Of a stretch of DNA of 64,000 bases, positions 26,294-41,146 are shown piece by piece. Origin of the DNA: Octopus vulgaris (lineage: Eukaryota); assembly GCA_951406725.2 (NCBI GenBank), contig OX597834.1, forward strand, positions 44,950,001-45,014,000, read 5' to 3'. Under the pieces are notes generated by a model. The model did not search any database. It was not told where the DNA came from and saw nothing but the letters and a program-made list of their open reading frames with translations. Each line of letters opens with the position of its first letter. The first letter of the stretch is position 1. Position numbers and translations under genes: made by a program.

Positions 26294-26417
26294 GTACACG
26301 CATATACACTCACACACTCACACATACACAGACACACTAGCTGACTAAATAAGTTAAGAGTAAAATAATTACACAGTTTCAAGAACTAATGAGGTGTGTA
26401 TATATATATATACATAC

Positions 26418-26458
<41 letters not shown>

Positions 26459-26830
26459 GAAATACAAGATATATAGATAGTTAGTGTGATAGTTCGATAG
26501 ATAGCTACATACATACATATATATGTTCATACATACACACATACACACGCACATACATACACACATACACACACACATACATACATACATACATGCATAC
26601 ATAGTAAATTTATGTGATTTAGATTCAATTAGGGTGTATGTTATACGTGTTCAGAGAATTTGTGTCAGTTACAAAATAGCTATATTAGGGATGTGTGTGT
26701 TCAAGTATGTACACGTATAAATAATGTAGCATAGAAATATAGAGGCGTATACACATACGTGTGTTTGCAGGCATGTATGAATAAGCTTAGACATTTATAT
26801 ATGTAAGAAAATTAAATTGCACATAGGGAC

Positions 26831-26967
<137 letters not shown>

Positions 26968-27181
26968 GAAAATATATATGCATATACATACCTATATACA
27001 AATATGTGTGTTTCTAAATTGAAATCGTTAAAGATCACAATTAGAAATATGTTGATCTTCAATGTGAATCTACATACAATTTTATACATTCATACGCACA
27101 ATCTTACATAAGCGCAACACAAAGGTACGAAATCATATATGTATATAAGTGTGTCTTTCAGTGTATGTGTACTTGTGTGTG

Positions 27182-27220
<39 letters not shown>

Positions 27221-27295
27221 TCAAGCAAGTACGTAGACGTTCGAATATAAGTACATACATATGTATAAGTATATATATATATGTACAAATACATA

Positions 27296-27336
<41 letters not shown>

Positions 27337-27840
27337 AGATATACATATATATAGGTACATATATGTATATACACACATAAATGTATATATTAGTATGTGT
27401 ACAGATATATATATATATATTTATCGATGTATATACACTATACACCCTTAAAAGAGATATAATGATCAAAGAAAAAATGTCGGAACCAATAATCATCAGT
27501 TTTGCACATCAAAAGTCATTGAAATATATTATTGATCTATTGTTAACGAGGATCAAAGTTCTGAATGATAGGACAACGGAGACAACCACATCTACACACC
27601 CAACCAAACACACGCACAGACCCTCTCACACGCGCAGACACACACATATCCATGTACATGCACGTCCGCAAACGCAGGCACATATATATCCTTATATTCA
27701 CACAAAACCAAACATATAAATTATATTAATGGATGGCTACATATATATATTTGTATGTATGTGTATGTACATATATGTATGTTGATATATATATATATAT
27801 ATGTATGTTGATATATATATATGCGTATGTGTATTATATC

Positions 27841-27879
<39 letters not shown>

Positions 27880-29338
27880 TATGTGTATTATATCATACAT
27901 AAATATATATATATATACATACATGCATATATAAGTATATAAATTTGTATACATACGTGTGTATTTTCGTATATGTATGTACACAAACATACATTTATAC
28001 ATACAGAAATAAATGCACATTCACGCAGGCATTATATATATATATACATATACAATTATATGTATGTGTGTGTATACGTATATAATGCTTTAAAGAAGAA
28101 ATTATGCGTATATTTAAACGAGTTATAATTCAAATCAATTTTATTTTGTTAAAACTAAGACAGCAGGAAGAAGGATAACTCTGTCTGGTATCCGATCATT
28201 CTTTACTTCTTTTCTTTTGTGTATTTTACGTATTTTTCACACCTCTTTAAAGTCATTGTCCTTGTATTTTGTATAGATATATTAATTTCCTTCTCCTGGT
28301 GTATGAGTGTGAGTGTGCGTTTCCTTCAGCTGCTGCGTTTTATAGTCGTTTGCGATATTTATGTTCACATATGTTTCTTTGTGAATGTGTGTTGTTATAT
28401 TCTGAAATGTGTTGCTTTGCTTTATTGTCCTTTGTTTCCTATCGCCATTTAGTTTACTTGCTTTGAATTGCTTTCGTTTAATATTAGCTTAAATATGATC
28501 GGGAGCGTTGAAGAATCGGGTGATGAAATGTCATAGAAGGTGGGAAAATGGCTGTTTCTTTTATATGTTTTATTTTGTTACTTATCTTCCCGTTCCGATT
28601 TCAATACCCTCCTAGGAGGGTCTTCTGTCTTTTCCTGAATTTATTTTTATCAATAATTTGATAAATATTCATGGATAAATATTACTGCATGCTACTTGAG
28701 TAGCGGCTGAAATAAGTTGATCGTCACATACCAAACCCAATTCGCAATAATAATAAGGAATGCAAAACACAGCACCAACACGAAATGGTAAATCTCTTTC
28801 AGGGATAGAAAGTTTAGGATAAGTTTAAACCATACATATTCTTTAAGGCCGCACCGAGAGAGACAAAACTATGAAAAGTATAGACTAGGTTGGAAGAGAA
28901 ATTAATGGAGCATGATATCAGATACAAGATTATAAAAAATGTAAACAAAATTAAGAAAGTTCGTGGAAAGGTGCAAAGTTTTACGAAATTATCGTTAGAT
29001 TAAGAATAATCCAAGATTTAGTAGTATGCGTAGCACAGCGTAATACGATTCAAAGATCTCTGAATCCCTACCACCGAGTTTGACTGCAATCCAATGATCG
29101 AGAGCTGAAAGACGAATTAGAGAACAGATCAAATAATTATCTATCTCTTTCTCTCTCTCTCTCTCTGCATATATATATATATATATAATAAATTCAGGGT
29201 GAATACCTGATAAGTGTAAGCAGCTGTATATGCCAGCTAGTAGCACAGGTGAGGGGGTATATGCATCAAAACATTGTGTCCTGTTTTTTATTTCGTTTGA
29301 TGCACATATATATATAAAATTTATGTATGTGTGTATAG

Positions 29339-29378
<40 letters not shown>

Positions 29379-29636
29379 ATACATCTATACATACAGGTAC
29401 AGGTATTTATGCATGAGTTTATGTATTTATGATTGTACGTTTTACACATTTACTTGAATAGGATTGACAATGAATTCGAAGCCACTTCTATCCATCTTTT
29501 AAAGCTATAGAAAAATATTTACTCTACTAGAAGTATTGAGTTATGCACGACATTAAAACAGACAATATTTTATATATACATGCATATATTCTATGTAGCT
29601 GTATGTATCCCTCTATCGTTTGATCTAGTCTTCCAT

Positions 29637-29824
<188 letters not shown>

Positions 29825-30737
29825 TGATATAAATATAAAGAAATTCACACAACATGTACATACCAGCATGAAATGGTACATCTGAGTAAGGAGGGAAAGT
29901 TTAGGATAGTTGTATAACCATATATATACACATACATATGTATATATACATATATGAACATATATGTTGTAGATACAAAGCATTGTAAACTCTCTATAAG
30001 TATAAAACGGTCTATACAATAACTCGATGATGTTGACTGTTTTAAACGATACTTAAATCTGACATTATATAGATCATATCTATTAGTTTCACGCTTTACC
30101 GGTTTTTCATGTGAAATGGTAAATGAGAATATATTGTATAAAACATAAAGGATAAATTTTATAAAACAAAACAAAAAAGTCTTTGTGTAAGCACGTTAGC
30201 AATACAAGAGGTTTTGATGTAGTTTGGACATTATTGAACAAGGATAGGTGACTTTCAGCCGGTTATCTTTCAGATATGTGACGATAAAAGTAACGAGTTT
30301 TTTTGTTTATTCACGTTAGTTTATTCTGTGCATGAACGTATCTTTGTATGTATCTGTGTATGTTTTTATGTATCCATACAAAGATAAGTAAATATATATC
30401 TATATATACAAACATATATCTATATATGCGCGTATATATACATGTATTCATACATGTATTCATACACAACGCACACACCACATATACATATATATATATG
30501 TATAGTTTCCAGATTAGAGACAGGTATTCTCTGTATAGAGTACACTTCGTAGTGCTCAAGACGTTTGAACTTGGGCAGGTAGAGGAGCAAATGTAAGAAC
30601 AAGTTAGGCTCATTGATATACGACAAATATAACATACTTTTCATACAAAAACTTATATGCTTAGAAATAAAATGGCCTGACTTCCACAGAATAGAAATGA
30701 TATCAGGAACGAAAGATGTTGAATAAAATTTATACGA

Positions 30738-30829
30738 GTCCAACAGCTGTTTCAGGGGCTTTGGGGGTCTAAAATAATGATAGTAAATTGATTCCATCGT
30801 CGGATACCACCAACCTCTGTCATCAGGAA
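30738..30829 (-). ncRNA. hammerhead-like motif with extended 66-nt stem II region
   Basis: UUC-CUGAUGA-[CAGAGGUUGGUGGUAUC...GACCCCCAAAGCCCCU]-GAAA-CAGCUG-UU-GGA. Canonical core, palindromic CAGCUG stem III, GUU triplet, imperfectly self-complementary insert and a weak 3-bp stem I. Confidence 0.55.
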
Positions 30830-31327
30830 AATATTCTACATTTGATGTGTCGACGGAATGGAGTTTAGCGATGCAATGATTTCGTGGAGAAGTGAGTGTA
30901 TTTGAAGGACTGGTGAAGCATGACAATCATTTCTGTGAAGTTCTTAATGTTTCACGGTTTTAATTGTCCTTTGGAACGTTGAGTGAAACTTGACAAAACC
31001 AGGTGTCAAAAATGCTCGTTTGTTCAACATGACCCGCCATCGTTAAATATCTGTCAACAGGTAAAAGATGTACAAATTATAAAAATGATAAACAAGAGCT
31101 ACACAAAATATATAAATGAAACGAAATGGAAAGAAACGAATACATTTATCTGAAAACACTATATATGTATATATATGTGTGTGTGCATCTGTATGCATGT
31201 ATGTATGTGTTTGTGCACGCGTGCGTGTGTTTGTGTGTGCACGCGCGTGTACGTTCGTATGTAGATATATACAGGGAGAAAGATTGAAATAGACGAACCT
31301 ACACACGCATACACACATATACATACA

Positions 31328-31383
<56 letters not shown>

Positions 31384-31573
31384 CATATAAGCATACACAT
31401 ACAAAAGTTTGTGTGCTGCTTGTACCAATATGTGTACACTATATCACCTGTATATGCTCCATGCATATACATATTTATACATATATACATGAATACAAAT
31501 GTATATATGTATATATTATATATATTTATATGTATATAAACATGAACATATATATATATGTGTGTGATTGTGA

Positions 31574-31604
<31 letters not shown>

Positions 31605-31690
31605 CGTATATATATATATATATATTATATTATATATATATTTATATATTTATACGTATATAAACGTGAATATATATATGTGTGTGCGTG

Positions 31691-31729
<39 letters not shown>

Positions 31730-32308
31730 GTACACACCTTTGTGTAGAAGCGCACACAGAAACGCAAATGCTTTCATACATCTATATACACGCACTCAGG
31801 TGTGTTGACTTGTCGACTGTACGTGCTCAGCAATGTAATATGGCTCCGTTGTATAGCAATATCATTAAATGTTCAGATAGCTGACTAGAAGTAGCACACG
31901 TAATAATATATTGAAAGCCCTTCTGCAAAGTACAGTTCCGATCATGTTATTACTTTCCACAGCAGTTAATTGCAGCAGGTCACAGCAGAAAGTTCCAGAA
32001 TAAACACACTCATACGCACACACACACACACACACACCCAAACCACTAACACACACAAACGCAGGCAAAGCAAAAACAAAAATATAAATATCTCAATCTC
32101 TTACCCTGTAACAAACAAAATCAACCGACAAAGCAAGCTAATAATATCCATTATTAGGCGTTCGTTCTCCATTCTAGGTAGATTGACTATGAAATAACGG
32201 TACGGCAAAGAAATGAGATGATTCGTGGAAATATTACTGTAAGTTAATGATTACAGTAACAGAACAACGATAACAATAATAAGAACGGGGACAACAAAAA
32301 CGGCAATC

Positions 32309-32345
<37 letters not shown>

Positions 32346-32725
32346 TAACAATGAGAACTGCAAGAAGCCACATGAAACAACAAACTTCAACTGATAAGCT
32401 GCTGAAATGCGTAATAATACTTGGGATTAGATGAAACTGTTAGCAAACTTTACCAAATGGAGACTGTAGGTTGTATTAAATATTAAGTTAAGTGAGTCGA
32501 GTGAACGCGCAATGGCGGATTTTCATTTCAATCTAAATTGCGCTCTATATGCCATAAGTCAAATAATCATCTTTTGTCTGAAATTACTTGCTATTCGATG
32601 TTGTGTGTGTGTGTGTGTGTATGCTGTAAGGTAATATTAGCTGTAATGACTATATGAAATCTAATAAACCTGAAGCAACATTACTCTCTCCCTCTCTTCT
32701 TCTCCCTCTCCATATATTTATGTAA

Positions 32726-32756
<31 letters not shown>

Positions 32757-32785
32757 CACATTTACACACACACACACGCACAGAC

Positions 32786-32841
<56 letters not shown>

Positions 32842-33055
32842 GTATGTATACATGCGCACACACACACGCATATAGATTATGTTTATGGAAAGGGTGACCG
32901 TGTGTATGCCTGTGATGATATAAACGTGTGTTTTGATGAGTGTATATAAGTGTGCATTAGTATAACTGTATAAGTGTCATTCTTGATACTATAAACATAC
33001 GTGAGTGAGTGAGCGATTCAGTACATGTATATGTATATATATGTGCGTGTGTGTG

Positions 33056-33111
<56 letters not shown>

Positions 33112-33189
33112 CATGCGTGTGTGTGTGTGTATATATATACATACATGTATATATATGTATATATATATACATACATGTGCGTGTGTGTG

Positions 33190-33249
<60 letters not shown>

Positions 33250-34275
33250 CATGCATATGTAGACAGATATATTTATATACGTAAATTATTCATACACACA
33301 CAGACATTCGCACACACACACACACGCACACACACACACACAAATGAAAGCATATCACTCGCGTGCGCATATTTTTCTGGGCACACACACAAACATTAAA
33401 GGCCAAAATTATTTCCCCATCGTCAATAATGGTAATCTTTACGATTAGAATGACTGCACGATTAAGTAAATATAAAGACATTATATTTTCGAATCTGTAT
33501 ATTTAGGATTTACAGAAATAAAACACTATAACCTTTTGGACTAGCGTGAGACGTCAGAGCGACCATTGTTCGTAAAATATACAAGTATAATAGCGTAAGA
33601 ATAAAAGATGTTTTTTTTTACTCAATGCATATATACTATCTTACGGTGAAAATTCAATGAATACTGTATTGCTTCACCTTACCGATTTTCGAACGATAAA
33701 AGGGAATGAGTTGACAGAGTCTATATTTACGTACGAGATAAATGATATTAAAGATTTGTGAAAAAACTTTTAAATATTCATATAAAACAAAGAAAAATAT
33801 TTTGTTTGAAACACTTATAGAATTCTAGAAAATTATAGAGTTTTCAGTCATAAGATTCTAGACATTTTATCTTTAAATTTAGTTCATGTGAAAGAATATA
33901 ATTATAATTTAGAAAAAGTAAATGAAGTAAAACTGAAGGCCAAACTGAATGTGGCTTCTCAGTGGTACAAATATTGCAGCCCATATTCAGTTTAGGATAG
34001 AGTCTATCCTATAAGAAAGTATTCTAAATATTTTTAAAGGTTCGAGAATTATTATGATGTAAATCTCAAAAATGCTTACATGTACGCAACGATCGAATTC
34101 CAAAGGGAACATTTTTGTCGAATTTCCGAATTTGCCGAATTTCCAATTTATAGAGACCTATACGTTTTGAGATAAATGCAAAGTCGAATACAAATGCATA
34201 TACGTGCATATAGAGAAAGACACACACAGACGGTGAATTTCATTGCGGGAAACAGAAAGAAGTCCGTCATATGCG

Positions 34276-34312
<37 letters not shown>

Positions 34313-34938
34313 CTGTGTGCGTGTGTGTGTGTGCGTGTGTGTATACGACGTGACCAATAGAATATGTACTAGGCTTTCAAAGATATGATTTATACAAGTT
34401 ACTGAATACATGAGACATACATGTATGTGTATGTACACGCGAGCGTAAGCTCATGGTTGTGTGTAAGTGTATATGTGTGCGCTTGCGTACACAGGTCACA
34501 CTTCTGCACAGTTGCTGACTGCCAAATTCGCTTAAAATCTTGCTGGTTGGAGTGGGGCTAGAGGAAACGTCGCGTGCAAGGCCTCACGAAGTGGCCCTGG
34601 GCTCCAAACTGCTTCTTAACCATACGGCATTATTTGTAAGAAAGACAATGCATGTGTGAATGTGCAAAATGTTTGCGTGAATGGATTGCGTGTATGCGAG
34701 TTCAGTTTGTCCTTAAAATACATAGATGAGAGAACAGAATCTTTATTCATCAATATTAAATATTTATAATAAATTCTTCCAGACTTTAGAGCTAAAACTT
34801 CACGTGCTTCTCTCAGTCTGCAGAAAACAAAAGGCTATTGATAAGAACGCAATCTTTGTGTATGTATGTATATATGTACATACATTCTACATATTTACAC
34901 ACATATATAAGTGTGTGTAAATATATATGTGTGTGTAT

Positions 34939-35118
34939 AAGCGCAGGAGTGGCTGTGTCTTAAGAAATCTGATTCCCAACCATATAGTTCTGGGTTCAGT
35001 CCTACTGCATGGCACCTCGGGCCGACCAATATCTTGTGAGTGAATTTGGTCAACGGAAACTAAAATAAACCGTCATACACACACACACACACAATATATA
35101 TATATATGATGTCTTCTT

Positions 35119-35191
<73 letters not shown>

Positions 35192-35420
35192 GTGTGTGTG
35201 TGTGTGTGTACGCATGTATGTGTGTTTGTGTTTGTCCCTCTATTATCGCTGAAGAACTGTTGCTGGTGAGTTTACACCCCCGTAAACTAGCAGTTCGGTA
35301 AAAGGGACCAATGGAACAAGTCCCAGGCTTGCAAATAGTAAATCCTGCGGTCGATTTCTTCGACTAAAGGTGGTACTCTACTATGGCCGCAGTCAAATTT
35401 CTGAAATTAGTAAAATAAAA
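34939..35420 (+). mobile_element. tRNA-derived SINE family B with internal microsatellite
   Basis: Head gcgcaggagtggctgtgt...gggttcagtcc, then acggaaact, then CA/TA/TG repeats, then 3' half ending tatggccgcagtcaaa...ctgaaa. Confidence 0.85.
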
Positions 35421-35757
35421 ACAAAAGGAAATACACATCAAAATGCAGCACTCATACATATACACAACCAGACAAACAGACACATATATAGTTATATGCT
35501 CACACGGACACACACACATACACACACACTCGCACACACTCACATACACAAACATATATATATGTCTTTATATGTGTACATATATGTGTGTGTGTGTGTT
35601 TGTGTCTCTGTGTGAGTATATGTACGCCGTGGGTGAGGGTGAGTGTGTGTTTATCTGTTTGTGAGTAACTACGCACTGGTTTGAACCTGGAGGGTGAATA
35701 CAAACCGGCGAGACAGAGATCTACGTAATTTCTCAAAAGATATCAGGTATTAATTGC

Positions 35758-35812
<55 letters not shown>

Positions 35813-35813
35813 T

Positions 35814-35875
<62 letters not shown>

Positions 35876-35985
35876 TTAATAATAATAATAATAATAATAA
35901 TAACAATAATAATAATGATAATAATAATAATAATAATGATAATAATAACAACAACAACAACAGAGCAACAACAATAATAATAACG
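35758..35985. repeat. (AAT)n/(ACT)n/(AAC)n trinucleotide tract
   Basis: Directly visible. Confidence 0.95.
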
Positions 35986-37198
35986 CCAAGAAATACTGAG
36001 AAACAAGTGTTCGTTAAATCACTGTGCTGTATCGAATGCATACATCAGTCTGAATTATGTATAAGGCTTCTGTAGGGAAAACAGATGTTCAAAGACAGAA
36101 AGAAGTATTTCAGTGCAAAATAAATTTCGCGTTTCCAAAAGAACTAAAGTTGAACGCAGAGACAGATCTAAATAAAATGTCGAGAGAGAAGGAATAGAAA
36201 ATAAAGATAAGATAAATAAAGCTGTTTTTGCGCACAAGATGAACGCATAATTATTTATGTATGTACGCCTTGACATCCAGTTTTATATTGATTATTATTT
36301 TCCCGTCTATTTTTTTTTTTTTTTTTCAGAGAAGGATGAATGTAGCTTCTATGAAAGAAAGAACAGCCCCAACGCTGGAATATGGATAACGACGATGATA
36401 ATAGATAAATATCGAAATTTTATGTATGCGTGTATTTGCTGTGTATTTATGCTGTCTTCTGTTTTCAGTTATTGGTAGTCTTCATGTGACGAGAAGTGCT
36501 GGTTTGTAACAAACATACAAAACTTCATCTTTCTAATGTAAATAACAGAAACAGCATAATATTTGAATTTGAGGAAAATCTTGCATATAGTCATCGTGCC
36601 ACTTACAAGTCGTATTTGCTATTTGCCTATTAGGTATGTATGCATATATGTATGTATGCAAATATGTATGTATGAATGTATTTATGCAGCGAAAAGATCT
36701 AGAAATGGGCCTGATATATCATTCAAAAGTCTCCACGCTACCCGCCGTACTGTCTGGCAAATTTCCGCTGTAGTTGAAACTGCAACTGCTCCAAAATGGG
36801 AAAATTTGTATTTAGAGCAGTAACACTTCATGGATGTACAGCAACGGAAAAAAACTGCTGCTTAGGAAATGGAAGCTTGTAACATTTTCCATTGGATCTC
36901 TTTGGAATAGTTTGGGACTCATATACTTATTAAAGATGATGTAAAACGAGAAGACGACATGTTAATTTTCCAACAATGATCTGCAAGTACGATCACTCAT
37001 TTCTTTTATTAAGCACAAAAGGCTCGGATAAAGATGGGACGATACAAAGACGGACAAACCAATACAGTGAGGTGCACAAAACATATAGCGAATGAAACTA
37101 TGAATAAAATGACGAAATGAAATGTCTTACCTGCACCCCACAAGCAGGTAGTTCCATTTTACTGTTTATCTATGACATTACATTACAGTTCATTATTC

Positions 37199-37259
<61 letters not shown>

Positions 37260-37260
<1 letters not shown>

Positions 37261-37462
37261 TAAAAATCCCCAAAACAAAGAACAAACACAAGCAACCAAC
37301 AAGGCGAGCACGTGGTACATGTAAGGTAGTAAAAGGCGCTTAGGGAAATAAAGAAATGTTTTACGTTTCGAGCAAAACTCTTCTTCAGAAACAGGAGAAA
37401 GAGGGAAGTGCAACAGAAAAGGAAGACGGAGGAAACCATTGCCAACGATTCCCATGTGGTAA
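37260..37462 (-). mobile_element. ~200-bp hammerhead-bearing element, diverged relative of 17432-17640
   Basis: Shares cgttggc(a/g)at...cctccgtcttcc, the ribozyme and ccacgt(g/c)ctcgc in the same order; lies between (TAGA)n and (TA)n. Confidence 0.78.
37357..37393 (-). ncRNA. minimal hammerhead ribozyme (best preserved of its family)
   Basis: UGUUU-CUGAAGA-A-GAGU-UUU-GCUC-GAAA-CG-UA-AAACA. Perfect 5-bp stem I, 4-bp stem II, palindromic ACGU at stem III and a GUA triplet. Confidence 0.82.
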
Positions 37463-37468
37463 TACATA

Positions 37469-37539
<71 letters not shown>

Positions 37540-38164
37540 CTACCTGTGTGTATATATGTTTGTTTGTTTGTATGTATGTATGTATATATGTATGGATGTA
37601 TGTGCGTGTGTATGTATGTGTGTATGTTTATCTACGTCACTGCATTATGTGTGCTTATTGAAAACATCACACAGCCGCTCAGTTATGAATTTATTTCTAC
37701 TCAGCAACAGGGAACGGAAACTAGGGAGCAGTACATTCACTGTAATATAGTTCATGTACTTTCCGAGGGTTACCTTATCAGCAACAGGAAGAAGGAACAA
37801 ACTATTATATACGGTAGAGTATTCACATTATAAATAATTTCAGCTGTTCATGACATAATATGCCGTATAATAAAATATTAGCTTTTATCAGCAGGATATA
37901 TATTTCTCTCCTATATTTTTCAATCAGTTACAGCAGCTATCTTTGGTATTAGATTAAAGACAAAAACGTGATTCAAACATTTCACAATTCCTAGAAGCAA
38001 AACGAATTCTGTTCAAGATTTCTGGTGAAGTAGTTTTACCTACTTAACGTCAGGCGATGAAAATAAAGAATACTGTCTACTTAGATGTTGGCGCCATAAA
38101 ACTCCAGAACGGCTGAAATAAAGGTTTAAATATATGTATGAATATATATATGTATGTATGTATG

Positions 38165-38220
<56 letters not shown>

Positions 38221-38336
38221 TGTATATATATATACATTTATATATGTACATACATATATATATATATATATATATACACATATGCAGTTCTGCAAAATAG
38301 CAAGCAATACATTCATGTCTCCCGTTTTTCTCTCCG

Positions 38337-38372
<36 letters not shown>

Positions 38373-39170
38373 GACATATATTTATATTCTTATTTCCGCC
38401 GTTCTGCAGTATGCATACATATATATATATATATATATATATGTATTCATGTATATACACGTATATACACGTATATATATGAATACATATATGCATACAT
38501 AAGTATATATCTATGTACCATAGACACAGACACACACATATGTATATATATATACATATACATATTCATATGTATACAAAAACACATATATGCATACAAG
38601 CACACACGTACATATATAATTATGTGTGTATACAAATACGTGTACACACACATACATAGTCACTAAGAGAAACCCACACACACACATACACCCATACGCA
38701 CAAAATACGCATACAGATATATGCATGCACACGCATATAAGTACATATCCTTCTAATCCTTTTGTCACAAAATCTCTAAGCCGATCCTTTTAAGATGGAG
38801 ATTTTATTTTTCCTTGTAAAACGTCTATAAAATCGCTTAGTACACAGTTTTCATTTTCCACACATTTATCAGCGTTTTTCTCTTCCATATACAAGTATTT
38901 CGCAATTAACAGAGTGTGGACTAAACGGCTCCTTTAAGAGGTACAGTCGATTGTCTTAAGCAAGTACACGTCCCGTATATGTATCTATTGTTTACAATTG
39001 GAGATGTTACATTTGTTTTCTCGTTGTTGTTTAGCTTTAGGTAAGTCCCGAAAGTGCAGAACACTTGTGATTAAAAAACCAGTCTTTGTATGTATGTTTG
39101 CATAGCTATTATGCATAGATACGTATGCATGATAGAGTGTGTGTGTGTGTATGTGTATATATGTATATAT

Positions 39171-39209
<39 letters not shown>

Positions 39210-39218
39210 AATATATAT

Positions 39219-39334
<116 letters not shown>

Positions 39335-39336
39335 AC

Positions 39337-39532
39337 CGGAGTAAATACATAAATGTGAAACAAGGTGGAAAAAAGAGTACTCAAATACCAGTGGTAGAGT
39401 CATATGCTTTATTTAAAGCAGCAGAAAATTGGATATCGGTTCCATTCTAGCAAAAACTGTCCGATGAACGGCAACGGGAAACTCAGAGTAACAGATTTTG
39501 TTGAATTTTCTGCTGCTTTAAATAAAGTATAT
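39337..39532. mobile_element. Penelope-like pLTR fragment with inverted duplication
   Basis: A 29-bp inverted repeat (39402-39430 / 39504-39532, 28/29 identical) encloses a hammerhead motif. Confidence 0.7.
39451..39500 (+). ncRNA. type-I hammerhead ribozyme motif (CCGAUGA core)
   Basis: CAAAA-A-CUGU-CCGAUGA-ACG-GCAA-CGG-GAAA-CUCAGAG-UA-ACAG-A-UUUUG. Stem I has 9 pairs with one A.A mismatch, stem II is closed by a GNRA loop, stem III is CUC/GAG, and the triplet is GUA. Confidence 0.75.
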
Positions 39533-39544
39533 ATATATATCATG

Positions 39545-39814
39545 ATCACGAGAGCGACCAGGCTATCAGATGTTGCTACACATCGCTGGTCACAATGCGC
39601 TTCGCATTGTTTTAGCCTTCAAGTGACGTTGGCGAGCAGGCCAACAGAAGAAAGAGTGGGAGAAAGTTGCGACGAAAGACTACAGCAGGGATCGCCAACA
39701 CTCCCTGCTGGACCCTCGTGGAGTTTTAGGTGTTTTCCCTCTAAAACACTCACAACGCCCGATCTGGTAATCGAAACCGCGACTCCGCTGCCCTAACTAC
39801 TGGGCCATTGCGTC

Positions 39815-39817
<3 letters not shown>
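39545..39817 (-). mobile_element. tRNA-derived SINE (family C) with alternative 3' tail
   Basis: Head gacgcaatggcccagtagttaggg and body match 2130-2314; the tail differs. Confidence 0.85.
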
Positions 39818-39852
<35 letters not shown>

Positions 39853-40029
39853 ATATTTATAGACATATGCAAATGGATTTCTATACGGCGCTGTTTTTTC
39901 CAATCCTGTAAATAATAATAATTGCATTTTTATATAAGCTGAAAGCTGATGGCCATCACCGTTCAGTGACTAAGGAAAATAGTCTGATAAAGGAGCACAT
40001 TAGCTCTCAAGAAATATAAGATGGCTTTC

Positions 40030-40097
40030 CTATTCGTGTGGGAGTCGAACCCATATCCCTTTGTTAACGCGATTGAGTGTGCTACCTTTAGACACAC
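40030..40097 (-). mobile_element. tRNA-like SINE head or tRNA pseudogene
   Basis: Minus strand tgtctaaaggtagc...gggttcgactccc (A-box-like and B-box); no complete cloverleaf found. Confidence 0.45.
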
Positions 40098-40103
40098 ACA
40101 CAC

Positions 40104-40156
<53 letters not shown>

Positions 40157-40444
40157 CATACAGAGTTTTACACAATTCTGTGACGATATATTGCGTAGCT
40201 CGACACTGTTTCCCAAAGGGACCAATGAGTGCAACTAAATGCAAATATACAAGGTTGCATCGCTAGCTTTTCACTACATGCCCGATGATTACTCTCCTTA
40301 GAGTTTTTGATGAGATTAACCGTAAATTCAACAGATATATCACTGTCATTTTCACGACAGCAGGAATTGCCATTAGAAAGTACACGTCTGTTTCCGAACT
40401 TCCTATTATACCAATGTACCACTCAAAACAAAGAACAGTAACAA

Positions 40445-40757
40445 ATCAAGTGAATTTGAAGAGCTGTGAACCTTTAAGGTCCAGGCTATTGCCTTATTTT
40501 GTCCTATATTTTGATGACATAGTTGGAAGCTTTGGTAAGATTCAGTGGCGCCCTCTTCTAGCGTTAGTGTAACTCTCAATGCCAAAGCTTGGGACGAGTC
40601 CCACCAGGCTCTTCCACATGTATATTACGTCATGTCTTTCACGTGCACGCTCCAGGGAATAGAGTCTCAATCTCTTGAGTCTTTTCCAGTATCTTATATC
40701 CTGCATAGGGGCTATTTTCTTCGTGAACTTTTGTTATATTGCCTCAAGTTCTGTAAT
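40445..40757 (-). mobile_element. CR1-clade LINE ORF2 C-terminal fragment
   Basis: [55 protein letters not shown] matches the CR1 pattern LExxQRxxTK...YxERLxxLxLxSLExRRxR. Confidence 0.85.
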
Positions 40758-40765
40758 TATATATA

Positions 40766-40815
<50 letters not shown>

Positions 40816-40816
40816 C

Positions 40817-40900
<84 letters not shown>

Positions 40901-40988
40901 TATATGTATATATACACGCACACAAATATACCTATATACTTGTATTCGTCAGCATCTATGTACGTATGTATGTGTCTATATATCTGTG

Positions 40989-41020
<32 letters not shown>

Positions 41021-41099
41021 CGCACACGCACATGCCCGTATACTTATTTGTATATATGTATATACACATATACACATATATATAAATGTATGTATGTGT

Positions 41100-41146
<47 letters not shown>

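Noticed and set aside
28500-29290. Hammerhead-like traces near 28505-28535 and 29200-29282
   Set aside because: Each needs two or more core or stem repairs, so they cannot be distinguished from chance.
30420-30926. 168-aa minus-strand ORF
   Set aside because: No recognisable domain, it ends in a microsatellite, and its middle is better explained by the hammerhead-like RNA structure.
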